DNA of 64,000 nucleotides from NCBI RefSeq assembly GCF_009914755.1, contig NC_060941.1, one strand, 5' to 3'. How positions within the stretch are numbered: position 1 is the first letter of the stretch; the number at the start of each line of letters is the position of its first letter. Shown in pieces: positions 1-13,950 of this stretch. This DNA is from the human T2T-CHM13v2.0 reference genome, Homo sapiens. The notes beneath the pieces were generated by a model. It saw only the letters and a program-made list of their open reading frames with translations, did not search any database and was not told the DNA's origin. The translations under genes were made by a program, and so were the position numbers.

Positions 1-2679
1 ATGAAACTGCATGTAACTAATTCTATAATTTCAAGTTATTCAGTGTAATTCCACTAAAATTGCATTATAAATTTTGGGCATTATGAAGGATTTAAAATTA
101 AAGAAAACAGGTTTGAATAAAACCTCATTATTAAATTACATTTGAGTGGCAGCCACCATTATTGCAAAGCGTAGACTCTAAACATATTATTAGCATCAAA
201 AAATGTTTGTTTTGTATCTTTGTATTAATGGGAAAATGCAGTAAACATAAGTAGAAGATTTTCTATTTGGGGGAAATTCTCAAAAACAAAAAAGGATAAA
301 TTAGTAGTACCTTAATGGAGGTAAGCTTTCTCTCTTGGCATCTATCAAGCACTTCTTGCCCCACTGTCAGTATGATCAGCTCTACCCAGCAGAGACTCCA
401 AAAGAATAGAGAGTCTCAAGAAAAATAAAACTGCCTTCTTCTGGTCTGGAACATTGGGTGCTTTCACATTGATCTTTTGTTAGTGGCTTTTTAAAATTTC
501 TTTCTTTTTTTAAATATAAAAAGGTAAGAATGCTGATTAACTATGTGGGTGACAGATATTTGAAAAGACTTCATTCCAATAACTCATCAGCTTTAGTGTT
601 TTAAGGCATTGCAGAAAAAAAAATGGATAAAAGAGGGGTAAATACCAGTGGTTATACCCGCATGTCCTCCTGGTGATGAGAGCAGTTGCAGTGAAAGCCA
701 GCCAAGCCCACAGGGAAAATACCAGGTTGATTTGAACATGGCACAAAGTTGAGTTCCAGAAATCAATTCCTAACTCCCTAGTAATTCAAAAATTGGAGGC
801 TGCCTGTGTGTAGAGAATGATGTGGTATCCCTCCCTCCCAAAGATATGACATTCCCTTTTCTAAAACCCATGAGGTAGGTGCTCTCTTGGGAAACTTTTG
901 GAAACATAATGTTATGCTATGGGTAGAAAGGAGACATGGACTACTATTCCTGAGCATGTGGAAGAACTATATTCTATATAGTGCATGAAATAGCAGTTTG
1001 GGCAGCGCCATCTAAGGCTAAATTGATCCATATGATTGGAATTTTGCCCAGACCCTTTAACCAAAGGGGGGGAAAAAGGCATCATTTTGAAATTAGCATT
1101 ATCAATACGGTAATACATTTTGAATGCTAGTTTGGCCTGACATAGGAAGTGATGTAATAAGGGAGAGCTTACTGCCCCTGCCCCTTGAACAGGAAATATT
1201 TTCCTTGAGGAATAGAATACTTGAAAACTGCAGATTGCATTTTAATATTAACCAGATTTCTACATTAAACATGATTTCCGAGAACAATTTGATTTTTCTT
1301 TTTTTTCCTCTCTCTTTACCCCCACTGCACCCCTCAAGCAAGTGATCAGAACTGCACTCAACCACAGCCAGCTCCTGGAATGGACCCAGGGCTGCCTGCA
1401 ATTTAAATGTCAAACTTGGTGCCATTGAGTGGTGGAGAATCACTCAGCAACATGTGTCACTCATTGCTGCCCTGCCAATCGTTATTGTTTCTTGCTGCTT
1501 TCAGATTGCTACAAATTCTCTCCCGGTTTCCTTGATTATCTCCAAGTGTGAAAATTTAAATCTTGTTTCTTCTTCACTCTGTTTAAGATGTGTAAGCGTA
1601 ATCACCTTCTAGAACAACCAAGGAACAACAAGAAAATTACCAAACCTGTCTTATATTTTGAAAGGCACAGAATGGAATTTTTTTAAGCTCCTAGAACTAG
1701 TTTCTGTAACTAACTGCAGAGTTGAAAACCCTTTTAACTGGCTAAACATACCTATCCCCAGTGGACATATACACAAGAATACTAAGCTACCAAAAATGGC
1801 CTCTCTCAGGGCAGACTTGACAGCAGTGACAACCCCTGATTGGTTAATGGAAGCACTTCAGGATTTATCAGTTGTGATTGCTTTAGTCTTTGGCAGCCGG
1901 TAAAATCATAAAATAAAGACGATTTAACCACAGTTGTTCAGGGACAGGGGAGGTGGTTGAAGCAGGGCTACAAGTAATGTGCTGTCATTCTTGATTGGTA
2001 GAAAGCAGATGGTTGTGAAATGGGGGCCACAAAGGAGGATGAATAAGGAGACCAAGAATATAGAATTGCAAGGCAATAAACCCAAAGCATGGGTACTGGA
2101 TTCACGCAATGGCATTCATGAGGTTGATAATTACAGCCTTATAAGATAATGCAGGATATATGGTAAGCAATGGTTATAAACAGAGTTTATATGGCTTTGC
2201 ATAGGTAAATAAGAATTTCTACTAAATGGGAAAAGTAAGGAATTAGGAAAACAAAAAGTAACCGTGAAGTCACTCTAAGCATCTAGGAATATACCACACT
2301 CCCAAAAAAGCAATGTCATAAGCAAAGGAACACATACAGCAAAACTGTTAGTATGTCCTCACTGTCATAAAAGTGAGGAGCACTTTTATGTGCTCCTCAA
2401 TAAAAGTCACAAATGGGGCAGAAAGCAGTCATGCACAGTAGGTGGCATTCACCTGAAAATGACATTACCCTCTCCCTGCAGTGAGAGTTCATTTCTTCAG
2501 CAGAGAGAAATGTTTTAGACAAGACCTCTAGCTCTTGGGCATTAGAGGTTCTTGAGAGAAAAATAGCACAGTTATTAACTCTTTATCTCAATGCAGCATA
2601 AGTGTCTCAGAGCCATATCATCTCCTTCTCTATATTCACATCCTCAATCTGGCTTTATGAAGGAAGGAAGAAATCTAAC

Positions 2680-2910
2680 ATTTATAGAAAACCTACTATG
2701 TATTAGACTGTTTATTCTATATATTAAATTTTATTACATCTTATATCCAACAACCCTCTGAAATAGACATTGTCTCAACTTACAAAATGAGTAAACAGGC
2801 AGTTTATCTTCTAAGATCACAAGGCACAAGATATGTGTGTGACGTATTCAATCACAGAAGCAGAATTTGAACTTAAGATTGCCTCAAAGATGTGTGCCCT
2901 TTTCATCATA
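2680..2910 (-). mobile_element. MIR SINE (degenerate)
   Basis: caacaaccctctgaaatag...ttacaaaatgagtaaacagg...gcagaatttgaact resembles the reverse complement of the MIR core. Confidence 0.65.
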
Positions 2911-3419
2911 TCACATCTGCTACTCACAGGAGTCAGTTCTCAGTTTGAGCTGATATCTGGCGTTATCAGTGAATAGCACTGGGCATCTGTGATTTATTTT
3001 TCTCAGCTTTTTCTCATTGTACTGATCCAATATCCAGAATGAGTCTTTTGCCCCAATATTCCTCCTTTAATCACTCCAGTGTCTGGGCCTGCAGTCAAAG
3101 TCTTCTGCTGATCCCCTGGTCCACTTGACTGAAGACCTGCCTGTCTATAACACAGCATCATCCTAAGACCTTCATTCTTTCTTCTATGCTAGTAGTTTCT
3201 GCAAAGTAGAGCTAAACCTTCAGGATGACTGCTTCTTGCCTGACTCTTCCACTGATTTGTTTACTCCCATATACTGAACCCACTCCTTCACAAACACACC
3301 CAATTTGGAAGACATTTTCCTAATTCTAGAAGCAGTGGGTACCTGTAGATGATGTTCTATTAGAGCTTCTATAAGAACTGCAAAACACGTAAAAGTGTTT
3401 TTAGTGGTTTTACTTTCAA

Positions 3420-5200
3420 CTAGGAAAACACCTGAAGCAAAACTGATGGAACAAAGGCGGAAAAAGACAAGTTTATAGTTATAAAGATTTCAGTGTTCCC
3501 ATTAATTGGTAAGATAAATAGATGGAAATTCAGTTGGTTACAACATTATCAATAAATGTCATTAATATCTACAGAGAAATAAATTTCAAACCCACAGAGT
3601 ACAAACTCTACAAGTCCACACGAACCAGTCACCAAGATAAACCATATGATTGGCTCTAAAATAAGTCTCAATAGATTAACAAAGATTAAAATCAAACAAA
3701 GCATATTTCCCAACTACAACTGTAATTAAATTAGGAAATAATAATAGAAATATTTCTGCAAAATATTCAAATATTTAGGAATTAAAGAACATGTTTCTAA
3801 GTAACTCATGGATGAAGAAAAATTACTGGCTATAGTAAACATTTCTGATTAAGTGAACATGAAAACACAACATAAAAATCCATGAGATACAGCAAAAGAA
3901 ATGCTTAGAATGAAACATGTAGTTTTAAGTGCACCTATTATAAAAGAAGAAAGGTCCAAAATCCATGATACACACATCACCTTAAGAATCTTAAAAGAAT
4001 AAGAAAAACAAGAGGACAAAATATAAGTTGCAGAAATAATAATCAGAAAGAAAAATCAATGAAAGCGTAGCAAGGTAATTTTTAAACATGAATAAAATTG
4101 ATAAACTTATGCCTTAACCGATCACTAAAGATTAACGAAATCAGGATTAAGAGAGGGAACATCACTGTGTTACATATACTTTAGATATTAAAAGATAATA
4201 AAAAGTATAATAAAGAATCATACTAACGAATGTGAATATTTAGATGTAACAGACAGGTACTTTGAAAATCAAATTGGCCAAAACTGATGAAAGAAGAAAC
4301 AGACAGCGTAAATAATCTTCTGTCTGTCAAAGAAACTGAATCTGTAATTACATATCTTCCCCAAAAAAGGATTCAAGTCCCATAATGTCTTTGGGGTGAA
4401 TTCTATCAAGGATAGAACTGTTATTGTTTCTCGCTGCATTTAGGAATAAAGTAATCCTATGCACATTTTTTTTAGGATAAAAATGAGAAAGCAACATTCT
4501 TCAACACTTTTTGCAGATTTTGCACTGATAGCAAAACCATAAAAGACATTGCAAGAAAGATTTGTAGATCAATATTACTCATGAATGTAGAAACAAAAGT
4601 TCCAAATAAAATTTTAGCAAATTAAATTAAGAAATATTTAAACTTGATGATGTACCACCATCAAAAGGTATTATTATCCCAACAATGTAAAATTGGTTTA
4701 ATTTTCAAAAATCAGTTGATATGCTTCACCACGTTAGTAAAATAAAAGGAAAAAAAAAAACCTATGACCAACTCAGTAGATACAGAAAATAAATTTGACA
4801 AAATTAAACATTCATTTGTGATAAACACTTATAGTACATTAGGAATAAATAGTATATTTCTCAATTTTATGAGGGCACCTACAGAAAATCTTTAGTTGAT
4901 ATCAAACTTACTGGTAAAAGACTCACAGCTTTTTATCTAAAATCAGAAACAATGCAAATATGTCCATTTTAACGACCTCTGTTCAACATTGTATTCCAAT
5001 TCCTGCCCAATGCAATAAGACAGGAAAAAATAGCATACAGACTGGAAAAAAAGCGACAACACACTCTTCACTGATGACATGATCACAAACACAGAACTCC
5101 CAAAGATAACCTACAATAAAGCTATATGAACTTAATAAGTGTCTTTATCAGAGTCATAATATATAAGGGTAATATAAGAAATTTCTATGAAAACTGCAGG
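3420..5200 (+). mobile_element. Old L1M (L1MC/ME-type) ORF2 fragment, heavily decayed
   Basis: A-rich + strand with L1 ORF2 landmarks (aagtctcaata..., aataaaattgataaac, tcagtagatacagaaaataaatttgacaaaatt, ctcttcactgatgacatgatc); no open frame. Confidence 0.8.
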
Positions 5201-5367
5201 AATGTTTCATACAGCTATTTTTCACATACTTTGAATGACGGACTATGAGATGCTGGAAAATTCACTTTAGGGAGAATCAAGATATCTAGATAAATACAAA
5301 TTACGAAAGACATCCTCTCTTAATGAGAATTGAGCCCGCTCCACAATGTACATCACTTGAAACCAAA

Positions 5368-5445
5368 CTCTCTCTCTCTCTCTCTCTATATATATATGTA
5401 TGTGTATATATATGTATGTATATATGTATATATACATATATATAT
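5368..5445. repeat. Compound microsatellite (CT)n(TA)n(TATG)n
   Basis: Directly visible. Confidence 0.95.
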
Positions 5446-6279
5446 CTTATAGTGAAGTTAAAACTAAGATATAATGATGAGCCAAAGTTATTACCAATTA
5501 TGAAAGGTAATATCATTTTCAGGTTGCTGAAATGGAATTCCAGCATATAAGACATTAATTGCCAATCAGAAGAGAGATGCCATATATATAAAGAAGCTCT
5601 GGACAGAAGATTAATACCAGGAGCATCGAATCACTTCTTAAGCTAAGGCATCTAACTTCACTTTAGCACCTGTAATTTGTCATTATTATTTAGCCATGAA
5701 ATGAAAAGGTGAGCCAAATGGTATGTGCCTTCCAGTGGTAAGTTTATGTTGGAATGAGATATTGGGCCACCGGAGCTGCTAAAATATGTTTTAATGAATT
5801 CATAAAGAAAATCCAGACACTTAAAAAAATAACAAGGCCTACAACAGTGTATTTCAACAGGTTTGCTAAAGGGGAATCAATATTTTTCCTTGAGACTTAC
5901 TTCCTCTGATTCTGTATTGCAAATATAGACATTGTAAAATGAAGAGATCATTGGTTCCATCTTAAATACTAATGAGTCAAAGGCCAGAGTTTTAAATTTA
6001 AGGCCTAGATTTGTGATAGAGCTGCTTCTCATACAGGCGACTTTACCTCATACATTCCAGATTGTGCATCAACAGGAATTATTTTTCATATGCTCCCTAA
6101 GTAAATAGAATGACAAATATACACAAAAACTTTGTCACAAAGTTAAAGAATTATCACAGCTCTGAATAAATTACTATAATCACATAAAATTATTATAACT
6201 GCAAAGATGTATTTTTTTATTAAACTTCATGTGACAATGGTTAATGATTGTCCTGAAAAAAAATGCTAGGTGATACAGC

Positions 6280-6570
6280 TACTAATAATATTAATAACAG
6301 TCTACACTTTACTTTTACCATGTTTACTATGGACAGTATTCTTTGTTACAATGCATCCAATCCTCCTAACAACCCCAGGAAGAATGTATTATTATTTTCT
6401 CCATTTTGGAGGTGAGATAATCAAGGTACAGACAGTTTAAATTGTTGCCAAGGTCATTTAGCTAGTAAATGGCATGGTTTCTTTTCATAAGCATGTTTGT
6501 CAGGGTTGAGATTTATAAACAAGTGTGTCATACTCTAAAGACCGAGCTGTTAAACACTATGATATTCTGT
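6280..6570 (-). mobile_element. MIR SINE
   Basis: aatcctcctaacaacccc...attattttctccattttggaggtgag...ttgccaaggtcatttagctagtaaatggc. Confidence 0.8.
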
Positions 6571-6883
6571 ATTACAAACCAAAAAAAAGTAAAAGTATCT
6601 AGAAAAACCAGACATTCTGTAGTTTTTCTCCCACCCTGAAAAGCTTTGTGCACAAAATATAATAAGGTATTGTGGAAATATGAAATTAATCATAAGTAAT
6701 TGTTTAATCTTTTAGTTATTAGAATTTGCCATTTAAGAACCAAAGGCTACCACATAAACAAGTGACATAATTTTACCAAAATAGTCACATAGAAAACAAA
6801 GTTAAAAAAAATAAGAGAACTAAATAATAGTCCATATCGTTGAAGTAATTAGAATGATCAACTCTATTAAAGTCTATGTGAAA

Positions 6884-6919
6884 ACACACAGACACAAACA
6901 CACACACACACATACACAC
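6884..6919. repeat. Imperfect (CA)n microsatellite
   Basis: Directly visible. Confidence 0.85.
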
Positions 6920-7626
6920 TATCCTTTCTTGTAATTTTTTGAGTTGGTATACCAGAATTTCAAATAACTAAGCTTTTATACATCACTGAATTCTAATCAA
7001 GGAATAAAAAGGTTCTAAAAATCGCCTTGAGGAAGTGAAAACCAAACAGCTTCTAAACACATTTAGCAGTGAGAAAAGCGGCTTTCATGGTGAAAACAGT
7101 ATTGGGGTGAATATGCAGGAAAAAAAATCAGCTAATGGCTAACTGCCGCAAAGACTAATAATTCCTGCAGAATTATGGAGAAAAAGCTGAAAGGATCTCT
7201 GAAGATATCTGAATTCCTCCCTCCCTTCTCCATAGTACCAGGGATCCTTAATCCAAACCATTCTAGATAGAAGGGTCTCTTCTTTATTTTAAGGAAATAT
7301 CCGGAGTCTCCAATTTCAAAATTGCCCTCACTCACATATTTCGTATATTTCCTCCGGCTTTTGTAAATCTCTCTCTTTCTATTAAGTAAATCTAACTTTC
7401 CCATTTGAGTACTGGGTTTGGAGAATGAGTATTATGTAAGCCTTCTCTTTTTCCCTATCCAAGAAAATATTCAGAGACAAACAAAGTTCCAACAGAGCGC
7501 CAGAGAAATAGCTCTACATCTTGCTATATATGTTGCTACATCTTGCTATATATCTGGAGATCCTTGTCCACCACCTTTTCCTACCCATATCAACTCTCAA
7601 ACAAAAAAACATGTTTGAGCACACAA

Positions 7627-7628
<2 letters not shown>

Positions 7629-7665
<37 letters not shown>
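7629..7665. repeat. (CA)n microsatellite, about 18 units
   Basis: Directly visible. Confidence 0.95.
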
Positions 7666-7667
<2 letters not shown>

Positions 7668-7872
7668 CCTTCCTCAAGGAGCTTTCACCCAACATACATT
7701 CTGGGATCATTCCATTCTAAGCTAGTCCCATTTTCTTTCCCAAGTGTGATCTTTGAAACACAGAGCACATTTTTCATATTTATATATGGTACTTACTAAA
7801 TATATAGATTCCATGGTTCCTTTACAGGCCTATAGAAACAGAATGTGTAGGGCTTGAACCCTGGAATCTGTA

Positions 7873-8520
7873 TTTTTTTTTTTTTTTTGAGACAGGGTTG
7901 TGGAGTCCTAAGGAGTTAAAAGAAAACTGAAAAATGGACTTAGCTGGCAGGGACAGAAACAGGGATAGAGGGGAACAAATGTTCCAAGAAATGGGGTCAA
8001 CTGCAAATGGCTCACATGCACGCAAGCATTCTGTCTGCAAGCATTCAGCCTAAGCAGCACGATCTTCTAAAATTCTCCTCCAGCCCCTGCCTCTTGGCAG
8101 ACAGCCTTCTTTCCGCTGTCTTGCCCGTTGCTTCCTTGCAATGTCTCTCTCCCTTTCCTCTAAATAAATCTGCTTTTCTAAACTCACTATTGTCTTGGCA
8201 AATTCCTTTACTATCCTTGTGCCAGCCTCAGACAGTCATTGACCACGACAAGGGTCTCTATTGCCCAGGCTGGAGTGCAGTGGTGTGATCATGGCTTACT
8301 GCAGCCTCTACCTCCTGGGGCTCAAGCAATCCTCCCACCTCAGCCTCCTGAGTAGCTGAGACTACAGACATGTGCCACCATGCCCAGCAAACTTTTTTTA
8401 AAATATTTTTTGTTGAGACAGGGTTTGCCCAGGCTGGTCTCAAACTCCCGAGTTCAAGTGATCTGCCCACCTCGGGCTCCCAAAATGTGGGGTTTACAGG
8501 CATGAGCCACCATGCCTGGC
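7873..8520 (-). mobile_element. AluJ interrupted by a solo LTR (Alu parts 7873-7898 and 8251-8520)
   Basis: polyT-gagacagggt...ctctattgcccaggctggagtgcagtgg...gatcatggcttactgcagcctc (J-type); TSD ctggaatctg(t/c)a at 7861-7872 and 8520-8531. Confidence 0.92.
7899..8250 (+). mobile_element. Solo ERV LTR, 352 bp, probably ERVL class (LTR47-like)
   Basis: TG...CA termini (tgtggagtccta...gaccacgaca), internal AATAAA near 8164, 5-bp TSD AGGGT at 7894-7898 and 8251-8255; family name from memory. Confidence 0.85.
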
Positions 8521-9192
8521 TGGAATCTGCAATTTTAAAACAAGCTCTTTCTGCAATTCTTACAAAAATTAAAACCTGAGAGATCCCAAGTGAGCTTAAC
8601 ATCAGGCGTCAAAGGCTCTAGTTTAGAAAGGCTATTCTTGCTTTCTGGCAGGAAACTAAGGTGCTCAGACAACTGAGTGCCTTTAGTGAACGGTCCCCCA
8701 CTGTTCAAATAATGCCAGGGTCTCAATCAAGAGCAAGGTTCAAAGATACCTAAAATTGCCAAGATATGCACCCTTTATTAATCAGCTATGTATTAAAAGT
8801 GAATGATGCTCTCTCACTGAATACTCTGGTTCACCCAAAACGCCAAAATGCCAATGAATATCTCAGGAAAGAAGATAGCTCTTTTTTGAGGTTCTCCTGG
8901 CTCCCCTTGACTTTGTGGAATTTCCATCTGAACATAACATGTATTTTTGTTAATAATAATGAGGAAGTCCCTGAAACTTTTGATTCTATGTCATCTTTAA
9001 AGGAAACATTTGGCTTTCATTAGTATTTAAGCATAGTAATGCAAAGGATAATATACATGAATTGGCTTAACTATTGGACATCTCTGTCAATTCTTAGCAT
9101 ACTAAAAATGCGAAAGGATTTATCTTATTGGTTTTCATATTCTTCAATACGCCTTATTATTTTTGTGACTTTTCTTGAACTTACAGACTTGA

Positions 9193-9606
<414 letters not shown>

Positions 9607-9809
9607 TCTATCCATATTTTTTTTTAACCAAATTGCAAGGTATTGATCATATTATCTAAACTACATTAGAACAATGGCACATGTCCAAAAAAGATAAAGT
9701 AGTGTCATTTTCCCCCTTTATATGAACATTTGTATAAACTTTACCAAATGCAAATTAATCTATAGTGACTTTACATGTTTTAAATGTAAAGTCTCTTTCT
9801 CTGAAAGAG

Positions 9810-9990
9810 AGTGGGGGATAGGGATGAGTGGGTAAATAGGTGGTTGCATTGGAATTGAGTATAAAAAAGCACAAGTTTGGGAGTAATAGAAACATTGATT
9901 ATTTTGATTGTTGATGGTTTCACAGGTGTCCGAACTAAATAAAATGTACAAATTAAATACATGTAGTTTATTTCCTCAATAAAGTTGTAC
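9810..9990 (+). mobile_element. Old L1M 3' end fragment
   Basis: tggggatagggatg...attttgattgttgatggtttcacaggtgt...cctcaataaagttg. Confidence 0.65.
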
Positions 9991-10489
9991 AAAAGATGGA
10001 TGGAAAGCTATGTAAAGTATTATTTACAAGCTAAATCAAACAAGGATGGGTTGATTACAAATTTGTCTTTTTTGCATATCTTTTTCCCCACTGGAATCAG
10101 AGTACTTGCTCTTATGTCAAAAGGTCATCTCTTATTACAAATATCAAGTATGTTCCAAAGTATGCAAGTCATTCAAACAGCAGAAGTGGGAAAGAAAGAA
10201 TCCATCTAACAGATAGTGTAGGGAAAGTATCTACAGGGTTTTAATCTAACTTTACAAAAATAAACAAAGACTGCACGTATGTTTTGAGCCTTGGTTTCTG
10301 GTAGAATGGTAGTGCTAATTATAAAATTAGGGATTTGGAGGAGATTTTGGTTGAGTTTGGATTTAAAATATGTAAAGTCTGCAGAGTCAGTACGACGTGT
10401 ATGAAAGCAGTTGGAAATGTGAAACTGTAATAGAGGGCAGCTGTTCCCATTCCTGCTCTTCTATTTAATATTTTCATATCTGTTTAGAG

Positions 10490-10679
10490 TAGCGCTGTCC
10501 AACAGAATATTCTGCAATAGTGCAAATGTTCTATCTCTATACTATCCAGTAGGATAGTCACTAGTGACTGTGACTATTGAACATTTGAAATGTGCCTGGT
10601 TAATAAATAAACTTTAATTCAAATTAGTTTAAATTCAGTAGCCACATATGGCTAGCGGCTACCATATTAGACAGCATAG
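10490..10679 (+). mobile_element. MER3 (hAT-Charlie non-autonomous DNA transposon)
   Basis: agcgctgtccaacagaa...tagccacatatggctagcggctaccatattagacagcatag matches the MER3 consensus including terminal inverted repeats. Confidence 0.88.
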
Positions 10680-11364
10680 ATTTGGAAAATCATGACCCAT
10701 TCAAAATCCCAATCTAGGAACTTCAGATAAACCAATCTAACTCATTTTTAAATTTTCCATTAGTTCTTTATTGAATAAATATTAAATGCTTATATTGTTT
10801 TGTGTATTATTGTATTCCCACCATTTAGCACAAATAAGGTCTTGCCGTCATGAAAGTTTTGTTCCACTCTGTCCCATTGGTCACCAAATCAAATTCCAGA
10901 AGTTGGAACTTCTTTCAACTTTACCTTCCTCATCTCTGCTACTTTTAATAAAGTCACAAGGTCATTAAAATTCATCCAAAAGGGGGAAATAACCTAAACA
11001 TTTTGTTTTAGTTGTTGTTGTTGCTTGGTTTTGGTAGTGCAAAATGGAAATAAACGTTGCATTTCAACCAGTTATTGTGATGCCATGTTAGAATCCCTAA
11101 AACTAAAATACTAAGTATTGGTTTCTCAAGCAGAAGTTATGAAATGTTGAAGGCATCATGTCACATGATGTCTCCCTCTTTTCCACTGCCAAAGATCTGC
11201 TGATAGTAAGTATTGGTTGAAATACACTGCAAAATTTGATTCAGCCATCTGATTGTTCATGCTGATATATGTGCATTGGTTTTATGTATGTCTGTATTTA
11301 GGTATGTCTGTGTGTTGCTGTAGTCTATAGTGAAACAAGTATTTTTACCCAGGTATAAAAACAA

Positions 11365-11685
11365 ACCAGTCGGGGTGGCTCTTGCCTATTATCCCAATAC
11401 TTTGAGAGGCCAAGATGAGAGAATAGCTTGAGCCCAGGAGTCTGAGACCAACCTGGGCAAAATACTAAGATCCTATCTCTACAAAACATTTAAAAATTAA
11501 CTGGGTGTGGTGGGCGCATGTCTGTAGTTCCAGTTACTTAGGAGGCTGAGGTGAGAGGATCGCTTGAGCCCCTGGGGTTGAGGCTGCAGTGAGCTATGAT
11601 GGTGCCACTCCTCTCTAGCCTGGGCGACAGGGTGAGAACCTTTCTCTACAAAATAAATAAATAATAAAAATAAATAAAAGATAAA
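11365..11685 (+). mobile_element. AluJ
   Basis: Diverged Alu dimer with J-type gcttgagcccagga and gaggctgcagtgagctatgat; (TAAA)n tail. Confidence 0.92.
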
Positions 11686-13094
11686 GACATCCTCTTACAA
11701 AGGGGAAAAACACGTTTATTTGAAGTGGCCCAAATATTCAAATACTTAGTGAAATTGTCCATTATATATATCTGAAGTTCTGAGCAACAACGTGAGCGGT
11801 GTACGTTTTTCCTGTGCAAACTAAGTAGCATACCTTCTGAAATGTTTTTCAGTAGAGATTTCCTTAATTGGTCATAAAGCCTTTGTAAGCGGACTGAAAC
11901 TTTTTAATTAGCAAAGAATGGTTTCAAGTCATGGGTGAGGGGGGGAAAGAAACTTGTCAAAGACTTTATCATGTGATCACAAATCTATCCAGAACTGTAA
12001 ATTTGTCAGAGAAACCCACTGAGTGACCCTGAGGGAAACCAAGTACATTTATGAAGGAAACATCAACCCCATACGAGTGTCAAAAGGATAGGAAATCAAT
12101 ATCTGCAAAGTCTTTAGACTGTCAAAAAGACATACTTTTGCCTTCGTTGGCTCTGACTCCTTGGGATACCCAAAGGAATTATTAGAGACTCTGAACAGCA
12201 AGCCTCATTACCATAGATGTAATAAAGCTTATTTTCTGCCGACTTCTTGGTTATCACTATTTAAAAGTGGTGAAATGCTGATAGTCCCAATATTCTCATG
12301 AAACGTGGAGTAGCTAAATCTAATTATTGAGTCTAAAATTGCTAACTTCCTAGCAAACCCAACAGGAATTACATGAATGACTATTTTCATGCTTTTAACG
12401 AAAAGCAACTTGTTATATTAAAAAAATTGTTATAGTTTAAAGGAATAGGAGAAAAGATATTTCTGACCTAACACTATTGAAATAACATCTAAATAATTTA
12501 TCCTGATAGGTTGCAAATAAAAATACCATAATGTTCTGTAGCACTGAATTAGCTTAGCATGTGGCTATGTGTGTAGTACATCAACCAGTATTTGACTATG
12601 CCTTTTGTAATACAGGGAACAAAGTAAGAAAGAACACCGGTCATCTGGAAGAAATACAGGATCCTCAGGAAACACTGAGAAGATGACCTTGCCATGCCTA
12701 TCTTCAGATTCCAAGACTCGAGTTACTTTATCATTATCTATCCCAAATCCTGGACACAAAGGGAAGGCACAAAGTAATCTGCCTTTCCAGAATCCAAAGG
12801 GATTCTATTGCTCTATCACCAGGGTGCTTTAATTTCCATCATGAACAAATGGTGCTTTGAAAGACTGAACATCTAATTTGTTGACTGTTTTCATTAGTGT
12901 GGTTTTCTTGGTAACCAACATGGGAGAAGTAGTTGTTTGGGCCTCCGAGACTGTGACTAAGGCAGCTCATAACAAAAGATGGCTCTATGCAGAGATTTTG
13001 TTGTTGTTTTCATTTCTATAAAAATAGTTTCTCTCAATAGCTGCATTGGATGGACTTTTTGTCATAGTTTAATTTTCCCAGTCTTCCCTATTTA

Positions 13095-13220
13095 TAAGAA
13101 CGTCCTGGAATGACTGCTAAGTACAGATCACCAGACCCTGCCCTGCAGATTCTGACCCCTAAGGAGGGTCTGGGATTCCGAATTTTTAGCGAGTGTCCCT
13201 TGTCTGAGAAACATTGCCCT
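13095..13220. mobile_element. MER5-like hAT fragment
   Basis: cagaccctgccctgcagattctga...ggtctggga...aatttttagcgag...tgagaaacattgccct. Confidence 0.55.
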
Positions 13221-13519
13221 GGGTCACCGTCCTGCTGCAATCAACTATCCAAAGCAAATGTTGCTGCCAAACGATAGAACTTGGATCTCAGCAAGTTCAC
13301 GAAATCCTGATAGCATCTTAGTTCCTCTCACCTTCTTTCCAACTTTCATGGTCTTTAAGAGATGTTTATAGAAAGTTGTCCATCTAGCTGTCGTTACAAT
13401 AGGAAGCTGGAGAAACTTGTACCATGGTCTGTTAAAGTTGTCCTTCTCATTTAGAATTATATTCCATACTTCTGACAGACGGCTTCAGAAACAGCCTGAT
13501 CATCTTCTAACTATTTTAA

Positions 13520-13950
13520 CATTGACTTGGCTTCTGTTGTTCAGGAACCAGACTCCAAGGTGGAGATGTGCATGCACTAAGTTTATTGGAGAGCTCCTGG
13601 GATATCTTTGAAGGAATGAGAGGAGCAGGAACAGAAGAAAATGCTGAACAGCAAGCATTGCAACAAAGGCATCAGCTGATCTCAAAGAGAGCTGTGGGAC
13701 AGGAAGGCCCTTCAGAATTGTCCCCAGCTCTGCCAAGATGGCTACGTCTTTATTCTTCCCTACTGATGTTTTCTTGGATGCAGGCTCCCCTTGGGGTATG
13801 ACCTTGGGCAAGGCAGTTATCTTCTTCAGAGAGCCATCCTCAGAGGGAATTCAATCATGATCCATCAGCAGTCAACTCCAGCTGGGAAACAAATTAGTTC
13901 TGAATGTTGTGAAGACAAGATCTGGGACATGCATCACAATGTCTATTACA
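13520..13950 (-). mobile_element. LTR16-like ERVL LTR
   Basis: cagactccaaggtggagatgtgcatgcactaagtttattgg...ggcccttcagaattgtccc...tgaccttgggcaaggcag...gtctattaca. Confidence 0.7.

Noticed and set aside
12600-12835. Acceptor-like site ccttttgtaatacag followed by an open frame
   Set aside because: Weak pyrimidine tract, no strong donor, and an unrecognised peptide.
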